DNA of 64,000 nucleotides, taken from the NCBI RefSeq assembly GCF_024700885.2, contig NZ_CP117016.1. The stretch is one strand, 5' to 3'. This DNA is from Escherichia coli. GTDB taxonomy: Bacteria > Pseudomonadota > Gammaproteobacteria > Enterobacterales > Enterobacteriaceae. The notes under the pieces were generated by a model. The model was not told where the DNA came from. It did not search any database and worked only from the letters and a program-made list of their open reading frames with translations. The translations under genes were made by a program, and so were the position numbers. Shown here in pieces: positions 1 through 10,495 of the stretch; the stretch's first letter is position 1, and each line of letters starts with the position of its first letter.

Positions 1-41
1 GGTTGTTTTGCCGTGGTCAACGTGTCCGGCAGTCGCAATAA

Positions 42-1433
42 TCATTTCAACAACATCTCCAAAAACCGTTGCTCATCTTCAAGGCAGCGTAAATCCAGCC
101 ACAATCGTCCGTCATAAATACGACCAATCACCGGCACTGGCAATTCACGCCAGCGGGCGGCTAATGACTCAAGGTGGCTACCGCGTCCATCATGGGGTGT
201 AAACGTTAATGCCGCACTCGGCAGGCGATCAACCGGCAGCGAACCACTGCCAATCTGCGAAAGACATGGCATAACCTGTACCGCAAACTCCGCGCCGTAA
301 TGTGTGGCAAGGGGGGCCTGTAAACGTTGTGCCTGGATTTGAATGACCTCTGCGCTGCGGGTAAGCAGACGCAGGGTCGGTAATTTTTCACTCAGCGCCT
401 CAGGGTGTAAATAAAGACGCAGCGTGGCTTCCAGCGCCGCGAGGGTCATTTTATCCGCGCGTAATGCACGCTTCAGTGGATGGCTTTGCAGGCGGGCGAT
501 CATCTCTTTTTTACCAACAATAATTCCAGCCTGCGGCCCGCCTAACAACTTGTCGCCGGAGAAGCTCACCAGACTGACGCCCGCCGCAATCAACTCCTGC
601 GGCATTGGCTCTTTCGGCAAACCGAACTGGCTAAGATCGACCAGCGAGCCACTGCCTAAATCAGTCACTACGGGAACATCCAGCTCTTTGCCGAGCGCCA
701 CCAGTTCCGCTTCATCTATCGCTTTGGTGAATCCCTGAATGCTGTAGTTACTGGTGTGTACTTTCATCAACAGCGCGGTATTTTCATTCACCGCCTGACG
801 ATAATCATTAGCGTGCGTGCGGTTGGTGGTCCCCACTTCGTGTAGGGTGCAGCCTGCCTGACGCATGACATCAGGAATACGAAACGCGCCGCCAATCTCC
901 ACCAGTTCGCCGCGAGAAACCACCACCTCTTTCCCGCTGGCAGTGGCCGCCAACATCAATAACACCGCCGCCGCATTGTTATTAACGATACAGGCATCTT
1001 CCGCTCCCGTAATGCGGCACAGCAGCTGCGCCAGCGCCCGATCGCGATGTCCGCGTCCGGCGTCGTCCAGATCGTACTCGAGGGTCACTGGCGAACGCAT
1101 AGCCTGCGCAACGGCTTCCACCGCGGCTTCTGCCTGTAAAGCTCGCCCAAGATTGGTATGCAGCACGGTTCCCGTCAGGTTGATCACCGGACGCAGCGCG
1201 CTCTGCGCCTCCTTCGTCAGTCGGGCATCGACTTCTTGCGCCCAGTTTTCACACCATGCGGGCAGCGTCTGGCTGTCACGAATCACTTCTCGCGCTTCGT
1301 CAAGCATCTGACGCAGCAATTCCACTACGCGGGTGTGGCCATAAGTATCACGCAAAGAAAGGAAGGAGCTATCGCGCAATAAGCGATCAATAGCCGGAAG
1401 TTGACTATAGAGGGAACGCGTTTCGGTTGTCAT
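42..1433 (-). CDS. selA: L-seryl-tRNA(Sec) selenium transferase
   Basis: 463-aa ORF, N-terminus [19 protein letters not shown] matches recalled SelA; full length; gene order selA-yibF-rhsA. Confidence 0.93.
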   Translation of the reverse strand: MTTETRSLYSQLPAIDRLLRDSSFLSLRDTYGHTRVVELLRQMLDEAREVIRDSQTLPAWCENWAQEVDARLTKEAQSALRPVINLTGTVLHTNLGRALQAEAAVEAVAQAMRSPVTLEYDLDDAGRGHRDRALAQLLCRITGAEDACIVNNNAAAVLLMLAATASGKEVVVSRGELVEIGGAFRIPDVMRQAGCTLHEVGTTNRTHANDYRQAVNENTALLMKVHTSNYSIQGFTKAIDEAELVALGKELDVPVVTDLGSGSLVDLSQFGLPKEPMPQELIAAGVSLVSFSGDKLLGGPQAGIIVGKKEMIARLQSHPLKRALRADKMTLAALEATLRLYLHPEALSEKLPTLRLLTRSAEVIQIQAQRLQAPLATHYGAEFAVQVMPCLSQIGSGSLPVDRLPSAALTFTPHDGRGSHLESLAARWRELPVPVIGRIYDGRLWLDLRCLEDEQRFLEMLLK

Positions 1434-1530
1434 AGGAAACCTGGCTGATCAAGGCCCTCTCACACGGAGAAGGGCGTTTAACATAACCACGGATTGTAAC
1501 GTGAGATGGGTCAGGAGGACATATCGCGCA

Positions 1531-2139
1531 TCAAGCCTTTGGCGGTTCGGTGCGAGCAAAACTTTCGCGGCTAAACAGGTTTTCGACCAGTTTGACTAAG
1601 TGTGGGCGGTCGACACACCAGCCTGGCGCAACGCGGCGGAAATTGAGATATCCGACGGCACAGGCAATGGCGATAGTCGCCAGATTGACCGTATCGGTTT
1701 TGAGCGTGCCATCGACCAGATATCCTTCCAGCACATCCAGACTGCGGTTGATTTTCTCCCGCTGGCGTAACAATTCATCTTCAGACTGCTGCGCCGCCGG
1801 ACGCGCCTGTTCACGCACCGATACCAGCCCGGCATCCATAATGCCATCCGCCAGCGCCTCAATTTTGCGCACCCGCAACGACTCCAGCGGATCGCGCGGC
1901 AACATCGCCGGAGCGACATTCATTAATTCAATATATTCAGCGATGATCGGCGAATCAAACCAACATTCGCCCTCTTCGGTCACCAGCACCGGCACTTTCC
2001 CTAACGGGTTAAATTGCGCCACGCCGTTGTCCGCGTTATAGGGCAGTTCATTAATAAATTCGAAAGTTATGCCCTTTTCTAACAACAGAATAGAAAGTTT
2101 GCGTACAAACGGGCTGGTGTAGCTACCGACGAGTTTCAT
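1531..2139 (-). CDS. yibF: glutathione S-transferase-like protein
   Basis: 202-aa ORF with GST-like N-terminus ([14 protein letters not shown]); position between selA and rhsA. Confidence 0.88.
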
Positions 2140-2367
2140 GCCGAGTCCTTTGTGCGAGGAAAAATATCAGTATGGCCTGGTGATGGGAAAAAGGGCAGAA
2201 AATGTTGATGGTTTGTTACTTCCCAATAAATCACATATTTATCATGGTGATATAAATATTTTCCTAATTGTTCTTATCTGACAGATATCTCACTTAAGGC
2301 TTTCTTATAAATCTGTAGGGTTTCGCCTGTCAGCAGACAAATAACCCGATAAAACAAGGATGAGCAG

Positions 2368-5300
2368 ATGAGCGGAAAACCGGCGGCGCGTCAGGGCGAC
2401 ATGACGCAGTATGGCGGTAGCATTGTTCAGGGTTCAGCCGGGGTACGTATTGGTGCCCCCACCGGCGTGGCCTGTTCGGTGTGCCCCGGCGGGGTGACGT
2501 CCGGCCATCCGGTCAATCCGCTGCTCGGTGCGAAGGTCCTTCCCGGCGAAACCGACCTTGCCCTGCCCGGCCCGCTGCCGTTCATCCTCTCCCGCACCTA
2601 CAGCAGTTACCGGACAAAAACGCCCGCGCCGGTGGGGAGCCTCGGCCCCGGCTGGAAAATGCCCGCGGATATCCGCTTACAGCTGCGCGATAACACACTG
2701 ATACTCAGTGATAACGGCGGCAGGAGCCTGTATTTTGAGCACCTGTTTCCCGGTGAGGACGGTTACAGCCGCAGCGAGTCACTCTGGCTGGTGCGCGGCG
2801 GCGTGGCGAAACTGGATGAAGGTCACCGGCTGGCCGCACTCTGGCAGGCACTGCCGGAAGAGCTTCGCCTGAGTCCGCATCGTTATCTGGCGACGAACAG
2901 TCCGCAGGGGCCGTGGTGGGTACTCGGCTGGTGTGAGCAGGTGCCGGAGGCGGATGAGGTGCTGCCCGCGCCGCTGCCGCCGTACCGGGTACTGACCGGG
3001 CTGGTGGACCGCTTCGGGCGCACACAGACGTTTCACCGTGAGGCTGGCGGCGAAATCACCGGCGTGACGGATGGCGCAGGCCGTCACTTCCGGCTGGTAC
3101 TGACCACGCAGGCGCAGCGGGCAGAAGAAGCCCGGCAGCAGGCCATTTCCGGCGGGACGGAACCGTCCGCTTTTCCTGATACCCTGCCGGGTTACACCGA
3201 ATATGGCCGGGACAACGGCATCCGTCTGTCTGCCGTGTGGCTGACACACGACCCGGAATATCCGGACAACCTGCCAGCCGCGCCGCTGGTACGCTATGGC
3301 TGGACGCCGCGTGGCGAACTGGCGGCGGTGTATGACCGCAGCAATACACAGGTGCGCAGCTTTACTTACGATGATAAATACCGGGGCCGGATGGTGGCGC
3401 ACCGTCACACGGGCCGACCGGAAATCCGTTACCGTTACGACAGTGACGGGCGGGTGACAGAACAGCTAAACCCGGCGGGCTTAAGCTACACGTATCAGTA
3501 TGAGAAAGACCGCATCACCATCACCGACAGCCTGGACCGCCGTGAAGTCCTGCACACGCAGGGCGAAGGCGGGCTGAAGCGGGTGGTGAAAAAGGAACAC
3601 GCGGACGGCAGCGTCATGCAGAGTCAGTTTGACGCGGTGGGCAGGCTTAAGGCACAGACGGATGCCGCAGGCCGGACGACTGAGTACAGCCCGGATGTGG
3701 TGACGGGACTCATCACGCGCATCACCACACCGGATGGCAGGGCATCGGCATTTTACTATAACCACCACAACCAGTTAACGTCAGCCACCGGGACTGACGG
3801 GCTGGAGTTGCGCCGGGAATATGATGAATCCGGCCGTCTGATTCAGGAAACCGCACACAACGGCGATATCACCCGCTACCGTTATGATAATCCACACAGT
3901 GACTTACCCTGCGCAACGGAAGATGCCACCGGCAGCCGGAAAACCATGACATGGAGCCGTTACGGTCAGTTGCTGACCGTCACTGACTGTTCCGGTTATG
4001 TAACCCGTTATGACCATGACCGTTTTGGTCAGGTGACGGCGGTGCACCGCGAGGAAGGGCTGAGTCAGTACCGCGCATACGACAGCCGTGGACAGTTAAT
4101 TGCGGTGAAAGACACGCAGGGCCATGAAACGCGGTATGAATACAACGCCGCCGGTGACCTGACCGCCGTCATTGCCCCGGACGGCAGCAGAAACGGGACA
4201 CAGTACGATGCGTGGGGAAAGGCCATCCGTACCACGCAGGGCGGTCTGACGCGCAGTATGGAATACGATGCTGCCGGACGGGTCATCCGCCTGACCAGTG
4301 AAAACGGCAGCCACACCACCTTCCGTTACGATGTACTTGACCGGCTGATACAGGAAACCGGCTTTGACGGCCGCACACAGCGTTATCACCACGACCTGAC
4401 CGGCAAACTTATCCGCAGCGAGGATGAGGGGCTGGTCACCCACTGGCACTATGACGAAGCAGACCGCATCACGCACCGCACCGTGAAGGGTGAACCGGCA
4501 GAGCAGTGGCAGTATGATGAACGCGGCTGGCTGACACAAATCAGCCATCTCAGCGAAGGCCACCGGGTGACGGTGCATTACGGGTATGATGAGAAAGGCC
4601 GCCTGACCGGTGAGCGCCAGACGGTGCATCACCCGCAGACGGAAGCACTGCTCTGGCAGCATGAAACCAGACACGCTTACAACGCGCAGGGACTGGCGAA
4701 CCGCTGTATACCGGACAGCCTGCCCGCCGTGGAATGGCTGACTTACGGCAGCGGCTGGCTGGCAGGCATGAAACTCGGCGACACACCGCTGGTGGAGTAT
4801 ACCCGCGACCGCCTGCACCGGGAAACGCTGCGCAGCTTCGGCCGTTATGAACTCACCACCGCTTATACCTCTGCCGGGCAGTTACAGAGCCAGCACCTGA
4901 ACAGCCTGCAGTATGACCGCGATTACACCTGGAACGACAACGGCGAACTCATCCGCATCAGCAGCCCGCGACAGACCCGGAGTTACAGCTACAGCGACTC
5001 CGGCAGGCTGACCGGCGTCCACACCACCACCTCAAATCTGGATATCCGCATCCCGTATGCCACGGACCCGGCAGGCAACCGCCTGCCCGACCCGGAGCTG
5101 CACCCGGACATCACCCTCAGCATGTGGCCGGATAACCGTATCGCCCGTGACGCGCACTATCTTTACCGGTATGACCGTCACGGCAGACTGACGGAGAAAA
5201 CCGACCTCATCCCGGAAGGGGTTATCCGCACGGACGATGAGCGGACTCACCAGTACCATTACGACAGTCAGCACCGGCTGGTGCACTACACGCGGACACA

Positions 5301-6555
5301 ATATGCAGAGCCGCTGGTCGAAAGTCGCTATCTTTACGACCCGCTGGGCCGCAGGGTGGCAAAACGGGTATGGCGGCGTGAACGGGACCTGACGGGCTGG
5401 ATGTCGCTGTCACGGAAACCGGAAGTGACCTGGTACGGCTGGGACGGCGACCGGCTGACCACGATACAGAACGACAGAACCCGCATCCAGACGGTTTATC
5501 AGCCGGGGAGCTTCACGCCACTCATCAGAGTTGAAACCGCCACCGGTGAGCTGGCGAAAACGCAGCGCCGCAGCCTGGCGGATGCGCTTCAGCAGTCCGG
5601 CGGCGAAGACGGTGGCAGTGTGGTGTTCCCGCCGGTGCTGGTGCAGATGCTCGACCGGCTGGAAAGTGAAATCCTGGCTGACCGGGTGAGTGAGGAAAGC
5701 CGCCGCTGGCTGGCATCGTGCGGCCTGACGGTGGAGCAGATACAAAACCAGATGGACCCGGTGTACACGCCGGCGCGAAAAATCCACCTGTACCACTGCG
5801 ACCATCGCGGCCTGCCGCTGGCGCTTGTCAGCACGGAAGGGGCAACAGAATGGTGCGCAGAATACGATGAATGGGGCAACCTGCTGAATGAAGAGAACCC
5901 GCACCAGCTGCAGCAGCTCATCCGCCTGCCGGGTCAGCAGTATGATGAGGAGTCAGGCCTGTATTACAACCGCCACCGCTATTATGACCCGCTGCAGGGG
6001 CGGTATATCACTCAGGATCCGATTGGGCTGAAGGGGGGATGGAATTTTTATCAGTATCCGTTAAATCCGGTTCAGTATATAGATTCAATGGGACTGGCAT
6101 CTAAATATGGACACTTAAATAATGGCGGATATGGAGCGAGACCCAACAAACCGCCTACGCCCGATCCAAGTAAGTTGCCAGACATAGCGAAACAATTAAG
6201 ACTGCCATATCCTATTGACCAGGCCAGTAGTGCGCCTAATGTTTTCAAAACATTCTTCAGAGCATTAAGTCCTTACGATTACACACTGTATTGCAGGAAG
6301 TGGGTAAAACCCAATCTGACTTGTACGCCGCAGGATGATCCCCAGTATCCAGGGATGGAGACAAAGACAGCAAGTGATTACCTGCCACAGACAACTTGGC
6401 CAACAACTCAATTACCACCAGGATATACTTGTGCAGAACCCTATTTATTCCCAGACATTAATAAACCCGATGGGCCAGCAACAGCAGGGATAGATGATTT
6501 GGGTGAAATTTTAGCTAAAATGAAACAGAGAACATCGAGAGGAATAAGAAAATGA
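2368..6555 (+). CDS. rhsA: Rhs polymorphic toxin: PAAR-like N-terminus, YD-repeat core, variable C-terminal toxin tip
   Basis: 1395-aa ORF; N-terminal [17 protein letters not shown] (PAAR-like); many YD/RYxYD repeats; core ends with the DPIGL motif near nt 6016-6030, followed by an AT-rich ~175-codon tip of unrecognised family. Confidence 0.93.
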   Translation: MSGKPAARQGDMTQYGGSIVQGSAGVRIGAPTGVACSVCPGGVTSGHPVNPLLGAKVLPGETDLALPGPLPFILSRTYSSYRTKTPAPVGSLGPGWKMPADIRLQLRDNTLILSDNGGRSLYFEHLFPGEDGYSRSESLWLVRGGVAKLDEGHRLAALWQALPEELRLSPHRYLATNSPQGPWWVLGWCEQVPEADEVLPAPLPPYRVLTGLVDRFGRTQTFHREAGGEITGVTDGAGRHFRLVLTTQAQRAEEARQQAISGGTEPSAFPDTLPGYTEYGRDNGIRLSAVWLTHDPEYPDNLPAAPLVRYGWTPRGELAAVYDRSNTQVRSFTYDDKYRGRMVAHRHTGRPEIRYRYDSDGRVTEQLNPAGLSYTYQYEKDRITITDSLDRREVLHTQGEGGLKRVVKKEHADGSVMQSQFDAVGRLKAQTDAAGRTTEYSPDVVTGLITRITTPDGRASAFYYNHHNQLTSATGTDGLELRREYDESGRLIQETAHNGDITRYRYDNPHSDLPCATEDATGSRKTMTWSRYGQLLTVTDCSGYVTRYDHDRFGQVTAVHREEGLSQYRAYDSRGQLIAVKDTQGHETRYEYNAAGDLTAVIAPDGSRNGTQYDAWGKAIRTTQGGLTRSMEYDAAGRVIRLTSENGSHTTFRYDVLDRLIQETGFDGRTQRYHHDLTGKLIRSEDEGLVTHWHYDEADRITHRTVKGEPAEQWQYDERGWLTQISHLSEGHRVTVHYGYDEKGRLTGERQTVHHPQTEALLWQHETRHAYNAQGLANRCIPDSLPAVEWLTYGSGWLAGMKLGDTPLVEYTRDRLHRETLRSFGRYELTTAYTSAGQLQSQHLNSLQYDRDYTWNDNGELIRISSPRQTRSYSYSDSGRLTGVHTTTSNLDIRIPYATDPAGNRLPDPELHPDITLSMWPDNRIARDAHYLYRYDRHGRLTEKTDLIPEGVIRTDDERTHQYHYDSQHRLVHYTRTQYAEPLVESRYLYDPLGRRVAKRVWRRERDLTGWMSLSRKPEVTWYGWDGDRLTTIQNDRTRIQTVYQPGSFTPLIRVETATGELAKTQRRSLADALQQSGGEDGGSVVFPPVLVQMLDRLESEILADRVSEESRRWLASCGLTVEQIQNQMDPVYTPARKIHLYHCDHRGLPLALVSTEGATEWCAEYDEWGNLLNEENPHQLQQLIRLPGQQYDEESGLYYNRHRYYDPLQGRYITQDPIGLKGGWNFYQYPLNPVQYIDSMGLASKYGHLNNGGYGARPNKPPTPDPSKLPDIAKQLRLPYPIDQASSAPNVFKTFFRALSPYDYTLYCRKWVKPNLTCTPQDDPQYPGMETKTASDYLPQTTWPTTQLPPGYTCAEPYLFPDINKPDGPATAGIDDLGEILAKMKQRTSRGIRK

Positions 6556-7121
6556 AAAGAGCTTTGTTCTTTTTGCTGATGATATTCGTTAGTTTTGGTG
6601 TTATAGCTAATTGCGAAACACAAGCTAAAGATCAAGATTGCTTTACCATTTTCACTAAGGGTACTATTTTTTCCGCGTTTCCTGTCTTAAATAATAAAAC
6701 CATGTGGAGATGGTATCAGAATGAGGACATAGGTGAGTATTATTGGCAAACAGAGCTTGGTATATGTAAAAATAACAAATTCACACCAAGCGGGGCGAGA
6801 CTCTTAATTCTCGTCGGATCACTACGCCTTAATGAAAATCATGCAACCAAAGGAACGTTGCAGGAGTTGCTAAATACAGCAGAAAAAACGGCGTTTCTCG
6901 GCGATCGGTTTAGAAGTTATATAAGAGCGGGTATCTATCAAAAAAAGAGCAGTGATCCAGCTCAGTTGTTGGCAGTCCTTGATAATTCAATCATGGTTAA
7001 ATATTTTAAAGATGAGAAGCCAACTTATGCTCGAATGACAGCACATCTCCCGAACAAAGATGAGTCTTACGAATGTTTAACAAAAGTACAGCATGAACTG
7101 CTTCGTAGTGAAGAAAAATAA
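6552..7121 (+). CDS. putative cognate Rhs immunity protein, secreted (N-terminal signal peptide)
   Basis: start codon overlaps the rhsA stop (ATGA at 6552-6555); GAGG RBS about 10 nt upstream; N-terminus [21 protein letters not shown] is signal-peptide-like; AT-rich like the rhsA tip. Confidence 0.6.
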   Translation: MKRALFFLLMIFVSFGVIANCETQAKDQDCFTIFTKGTIFSAFPVLNNKTMWRWYQNEDIGEYYWQTELGICKNNKFTPSGARLLILVGSLRLNENHATKGTLQELLNTAEKTAFLGDRFRSYIRAGIYQKKSSDPAQLLAVLDNSIMVKYFKDEKPTYARMTAHLPNKDESYECLTKVQHELLRSEEK

Positions 7122-7289
7122 AATCTCTTCCTGAGAAAATAAATTAACTATTCGAAAAAATATGTTCTTAATGGGTATCCAGGAACACCAGAAGGTCGAT
7201 TTGGAAAAATGGATTCCGATGGTAAGAATATCATATATTCTGAATGTAATGTTTTACCCACAACTTTTGAGATTCGATAGGTGTAGAGC

Positions 7290-7637
7290 ATGAGAAACTC
7301 ACTAATATTACTTATTATGATATTGTTTACAATATCACACTCAGTATTTGGAAAAGAAAATTCAGCGGAAATTTTAGTAAATAGTCGTGAAATGGCTTTG
7401 GAATTATCATATGTTTATATTAAATATATATACGGGAAAGAAAAAGCAGAATTTCAGAAACCATATAGTATTACAGATGACAATAATTGTTGGAAAATCG
7501 AGGGAAAACAACCGAAGACGTTAGGAGGAAATTTTACAATACTAATAGCGAAAAAAGATGGGCAAGCGTTGGATGTAATACACAAAATAATCCACTGTTC
7601 AGACGATTCAAATATTTTACCAAGGTGTGTTTCGTAA
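7290..7637 (+). CDS. small secreted hypothetical protein, possible orphan immunity protein
   Basis: 115-aa ORF with signal-peptide-like N-terminus MRNSLILLIMILFTISHSVFG; has a frameshifted paralog at 9240-9507; sits in the Rhs-associated AT-rich region. Confidence 0.5.
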   Translation: MRNSLILLIMILFTISHSVFGKENSAEILVNSREMALELSYVYIKYIYGKEKAEFQKPYSITDDNNCWKIEGKQPKTLGGNFTILIAKKDGQALDVIHKIIHCSDDSNILPRCVS

Positions 7638-7839
7638 CTATTTTGTGTACAATATGACTCTACATATCGACGAAAAAACCACTTGATTTGACAGGAACAC
7701 ATTCAAAAAAATTTCTTTTTCATTTCAGGAGCGATTTTCATCTGTTACTTGAAGTATCTGTGAGATTAAGTGACTCCCCCTAACGTCGTACTAAATAGTA
7801 ATTACTGGCCATACCGGGAGCAGTATTCGGCGCTTCCCA

Positions 7840-8080
7840 CATGCAGCAGAATAACCGCATCAGCGAAGATGTATTGTATTTTTACTATCACAATGTGTAC
7901 GGACGGTTTATGGAAAAGAATGAACATTAGATACGCGATGCGGCGGCAGGTTACACGGTTATCACTACGATAGCCAATACTGGCTGGTGCATTACCGCCG
8001 TGAACAATAGGACGCCGTACTGCTGGAAATTTCTTACCTTTATGACTCCCCGCGCCGCCGTATTGGGAAACGGGAAGCAA
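7840..8080 (+). pseudogene. decayed internal fragment of an Rhs core
   Basis: aligns by eye to rhsA nt ~5130-5370 (e.g. relic GYHYDSQYWLVHY and YLYDSPRRRIGKR vs rhs[14 protein letters not shown] and [13 protein letters not shown]); interrupted by stop codons; GC-rich patch inside an AT-rich region. Confidence 0.6.
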
Positions 8081-8654
8081 TCAAGATGAGGCTGATATAA
8101 TGTGCGGAATGCCTGAGTATTTTTAGAATAGGGGGGTAATATGTTTGATAGAATATATCTTGGTGATCGAGCAATAAAAAATTGAATTTGATTTATGGAG
8201 TAAACAAATTAGAATTCAGGTTAATTTAATCTCAAGGATAGCCTATGGTACAACAGAATGGAATTTTTATGATAATGAAGACTTAGAAGATGGTTATTTG
8301 GTATTTTCAGATGTTAGTTTCTTCAATATAACTCCTAATGGCTCTATTCCAGATGATTATATAATTTCAATAATTACAGATAATGTCAATGTTGAATATT
8401 TTGAATCAACTATAGTTGCTGTTGGTCAAATTCGAAACACAAATGTTGGTGACATTGATAATATTGGTGAATGTCAAATTTTCATCAGGTATAAAGACAG
8501 CTGGATTGAGAATAAACTCAAAGAAAAAATAATTGAATAACCATGTTATGTATAGACATTTTAGATGGAACGAACCAGAGGAAGGCATGCCTCCGACTTG
8601 GGTTATATGGGCACGGAGTTTTAGTGTAGTGAACTCAACGACGCAAACCGAATA

Positions 8655-8720
8655 ACCTGCCGCTGGCGCTTATCAGCACGTAAGGGACAACAGCGTAGTA
8701 CGTAGAATAATCCTACCCAC
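8655..8720 (+). pseudogene. short decayed relic of the Rhs core 3' end
   Basis: cctgccgctggcgcttatcagcacg is near-identical to rhsA 5811-5835 and to the yibJ copy at ~10669-10693; similarity decays downstream and is interrupted by stops. Confidence 0.5.
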
Positions 8721-8792
8721 GTAGTATGGACACAGGCCTAAGCGAGGTTCTGGTTTTCAAATTTTTCGGGAGTTAGATGATTGGAGGAACAG

Positions 8793-9158
8793 ATGATAAG
8801 AATCGCATTTTTAATAACCAATAAATTTCTTGAGATAGATAGTACCACTCTTGCTGGATATGATTTTAGCGGGATGAATCTACATCGTGCCACCCTCAAT
8901 GGTTATTGTCTTGATGGGGCGAAATTTGAAAAAACTCATTTAAGAAATGTAATGATTCAACATACATCAACTAGAAATGCTGTCTTTCGCAATGCGGCTC
9001 TGATGAATGCTATTCTGAATAACTCAGATTTCACTGGAAGTGATTGTAGTAATTCAAGGTCAATAGGTGAAAATTTTAAAGCAATAGATAATCATGGGAA
9101 AGATATAATAAATGGAAAAGGATTGCCTAATGTTTGCAAAATACATGACAACGTATAA
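8793..9158 (+). CDS. pentapeptide-repeat protein, hypothetical
   Basis: ORF with GGAGG RBS 5 nt upstream of ATG 8793 (the track ORF begins at an in-frame TTG at 8781); sequence shows pentapeptide-like periodicity (GMNLHRATLNGYCLDGAKFEKTHLRNV...AVFRNAALMNAILNNSDFTGSD). Confidence 0.5.
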   Translation: MIRIAFLITNKFLEIDSTTLAGYDFSGMNLHRATLNGYCLDGAKFEKTHLRNVMIQHTSTRNAVFRNAALMNAILNNSDFTGSDCSNSRSIGENFKAIDNHGKDIINGKGLPNVCKIHDNV

Positions 9159-9239
9159 GAAAATATTATTCAGAACCTATGTGATTGTATCTTTATTTTT
9201 ACATACAACACATGGGCGCAGTGTAATAATATTATTATA

Positions 9240-9507
9240 ATGCGCAAGTATGAAAGTGAGGGGAAATACACCGTTAGAAATTTGGTCAAAAATAAAGCTA
9301 TAGCATTGGAATTAGCTGAGATGTATGTTAAAAATCGTTATGGACATGATGCCGAAGAAGAAAAAAAAACCATACAAAATCATGGAATTACCAACAAGTT
9401 GGATTGTTGAAGGCACCATTGAATCAGACCAAATTGCTGGTAGGGTTTTTATTATAGAAATAGGCAAAAATGACGGGAGAATTCTAAATTTTGGCCACGG
9501 AAAATAA
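9240..9507 (+). pseudogene. frameshifted paralog of the 7290-7637 gene, interrupted in an A9 homopolymer
   Basis: frame A (9240-9410, MRKYESEGKYTVRNLVKNKAIALELAEMYVKNRYGHDAEEEKK) and frame B (9325-9507, ...PYKIMELPTSWIVEGTIESDQIAGRVFIIEIGKNDGRILNFGHGK) together align with the 7290 protein (SREMALELSYVYIKYIYGKEKAEFQKPYSITDDNNCWKIEG...ILIAKKDGQALDVIHKI); the frames meet at the A9 run 9361-9369; losing one A restores one ORF. Confidence 0.6.
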
Positions 9508-9611
9508 GTATGTAAGGATAAACAAACATCGTGTGTGCTGATGGCAGAGTAGGTGGAGGACTCCAGACAGTCAAACGATAGAAAAAGATAGTCTTTATGG
9601 AGGTTCCTGCA

Positions 9612-10454
9612 ATGTCGAATACATACCAGAAAAGAAAGGCAAGTAAAGAGTATGGTTTATACAATCAATGTAAGAAACTAAATGATGATGAATTATTTCG
9701 CTTACTTGATAATCGCAATTCATTGAAAAGGATTTCATCTGCCAGAGTATTGCAGCTAAGAGGTGGGCAAGACGCTGTTAGATTGGCAATTGAATTCTGC
9801 GCTGACAAAAATTATATCCGTAGAGATATAGGAGCATTTATACTCGGGCAAATAAAAGTTTGCAAAAAATGCGAAGATAGCGTTTTTAATATTTTAAAAA
9901 AGATGGCACTGAATGATAAAAGTGCTTGCGTTCGAGCTACAGCAATCGAGTCAACTGCTCAGCGATGCAAGAAAAACCCAATTTATTCACCTAAAATAGT
10001 AGAACAATCTCAAATTACTGCTTTTGATAAATCGGCTAATGTCAGACGTGCTACGGCATTTGCTATTTCTGTTATCAATGATAAAGAAACAATTCCACTA
10101 TTGATTAATCTGTTAAAAGATCCAAATGGAGATGTCAGAAACTGGGCCGCATTTGCAATAAATATCAATAAATATGATAATAGTGATATTAGGGATTATT
10201 TTGTGGAGATGCTTCAGGATAAAAATGAGGAAGTCCGTATTGAAGCAATAATCGGACTTTCCTACAGAAAAGATAAAAGGGTTTTATCTGTTTTATGCGA
10301 TGAGTTAAAAAAAAATACTGTTTATGATGATATCATTGAAGCTGCGGGTGAATTAGGTGATAAAACGCTACTTCCTGTTTTAGATACTATGTTGTACAAG
10401 TTTGATGACAATGAAATTATAACTTCCGTTATTGATAAGCTGAAGCGTTCATAG
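9612..10454 (+). CDS. yibA: HEAT-repeat protein
   Basis: N-terminus MSNTYQKRKASKEYGLYNQ at the internal ATG 9612 matches recalled YibA; repeated D/N-x-x-VR-x-x-A HEAT-like units; lies between Rhs modules. Confidence 0.8.
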   Translation: MSNTYQKRKASKEYGLYNQCKKLNDDELFRLLDNRNSLKRISSARVLQLRGGQDAVRLAIEFCADKNYIRRDIGAFILGQIKVCKKCEDSVFNILKKMALNDKSACVRATAIESTAQRCKKNPIYSPKIVEQSQITAFDKSANVRRATAFAISVINDKETIPLLINLLKDPNGDVRNWAAFAININKYDNSDIRDYFVEMLQDKNEEVRIEAIIGLSYRKDKRVLSVLCDELKKNTVYDDIIEAAGELGDKTLLPVLDTMLYKFDDNEIITSVIDKLKRS

Positions 10455-10495
10455 CGTGAGTTGCCTATGCACAGTGAGGTATTCCCGCCGGCACG

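Noticed and set aside
2481-5921. Numerous ORFs of 60-240 codons on both strands inside rhsA (for example 2779-3408 minus, 4096-4818 minus, 5410-5904 minus)
   Set aside because: They lie within the high-GC Rhs core, where stop codons are rare in all frames; they are shadow ORFs of a continuous 1395-codon gene.
7770-8080. ORFs 7770-7973 (plus) and 7802-8080 (minus) as genes
   Set aside because: They fall within the decayed Rhs core relic; the homologous frame is interrupted by stops, so these are chance ORFs in a pseudogene.
8406-8588. 60-codon minus-strand ORF in the AT-rich island
   Set aside because: Short, antisense to the 8127-8540 frame, with no RBS or homology signal; likely chance ORF in AT-rich DNA.
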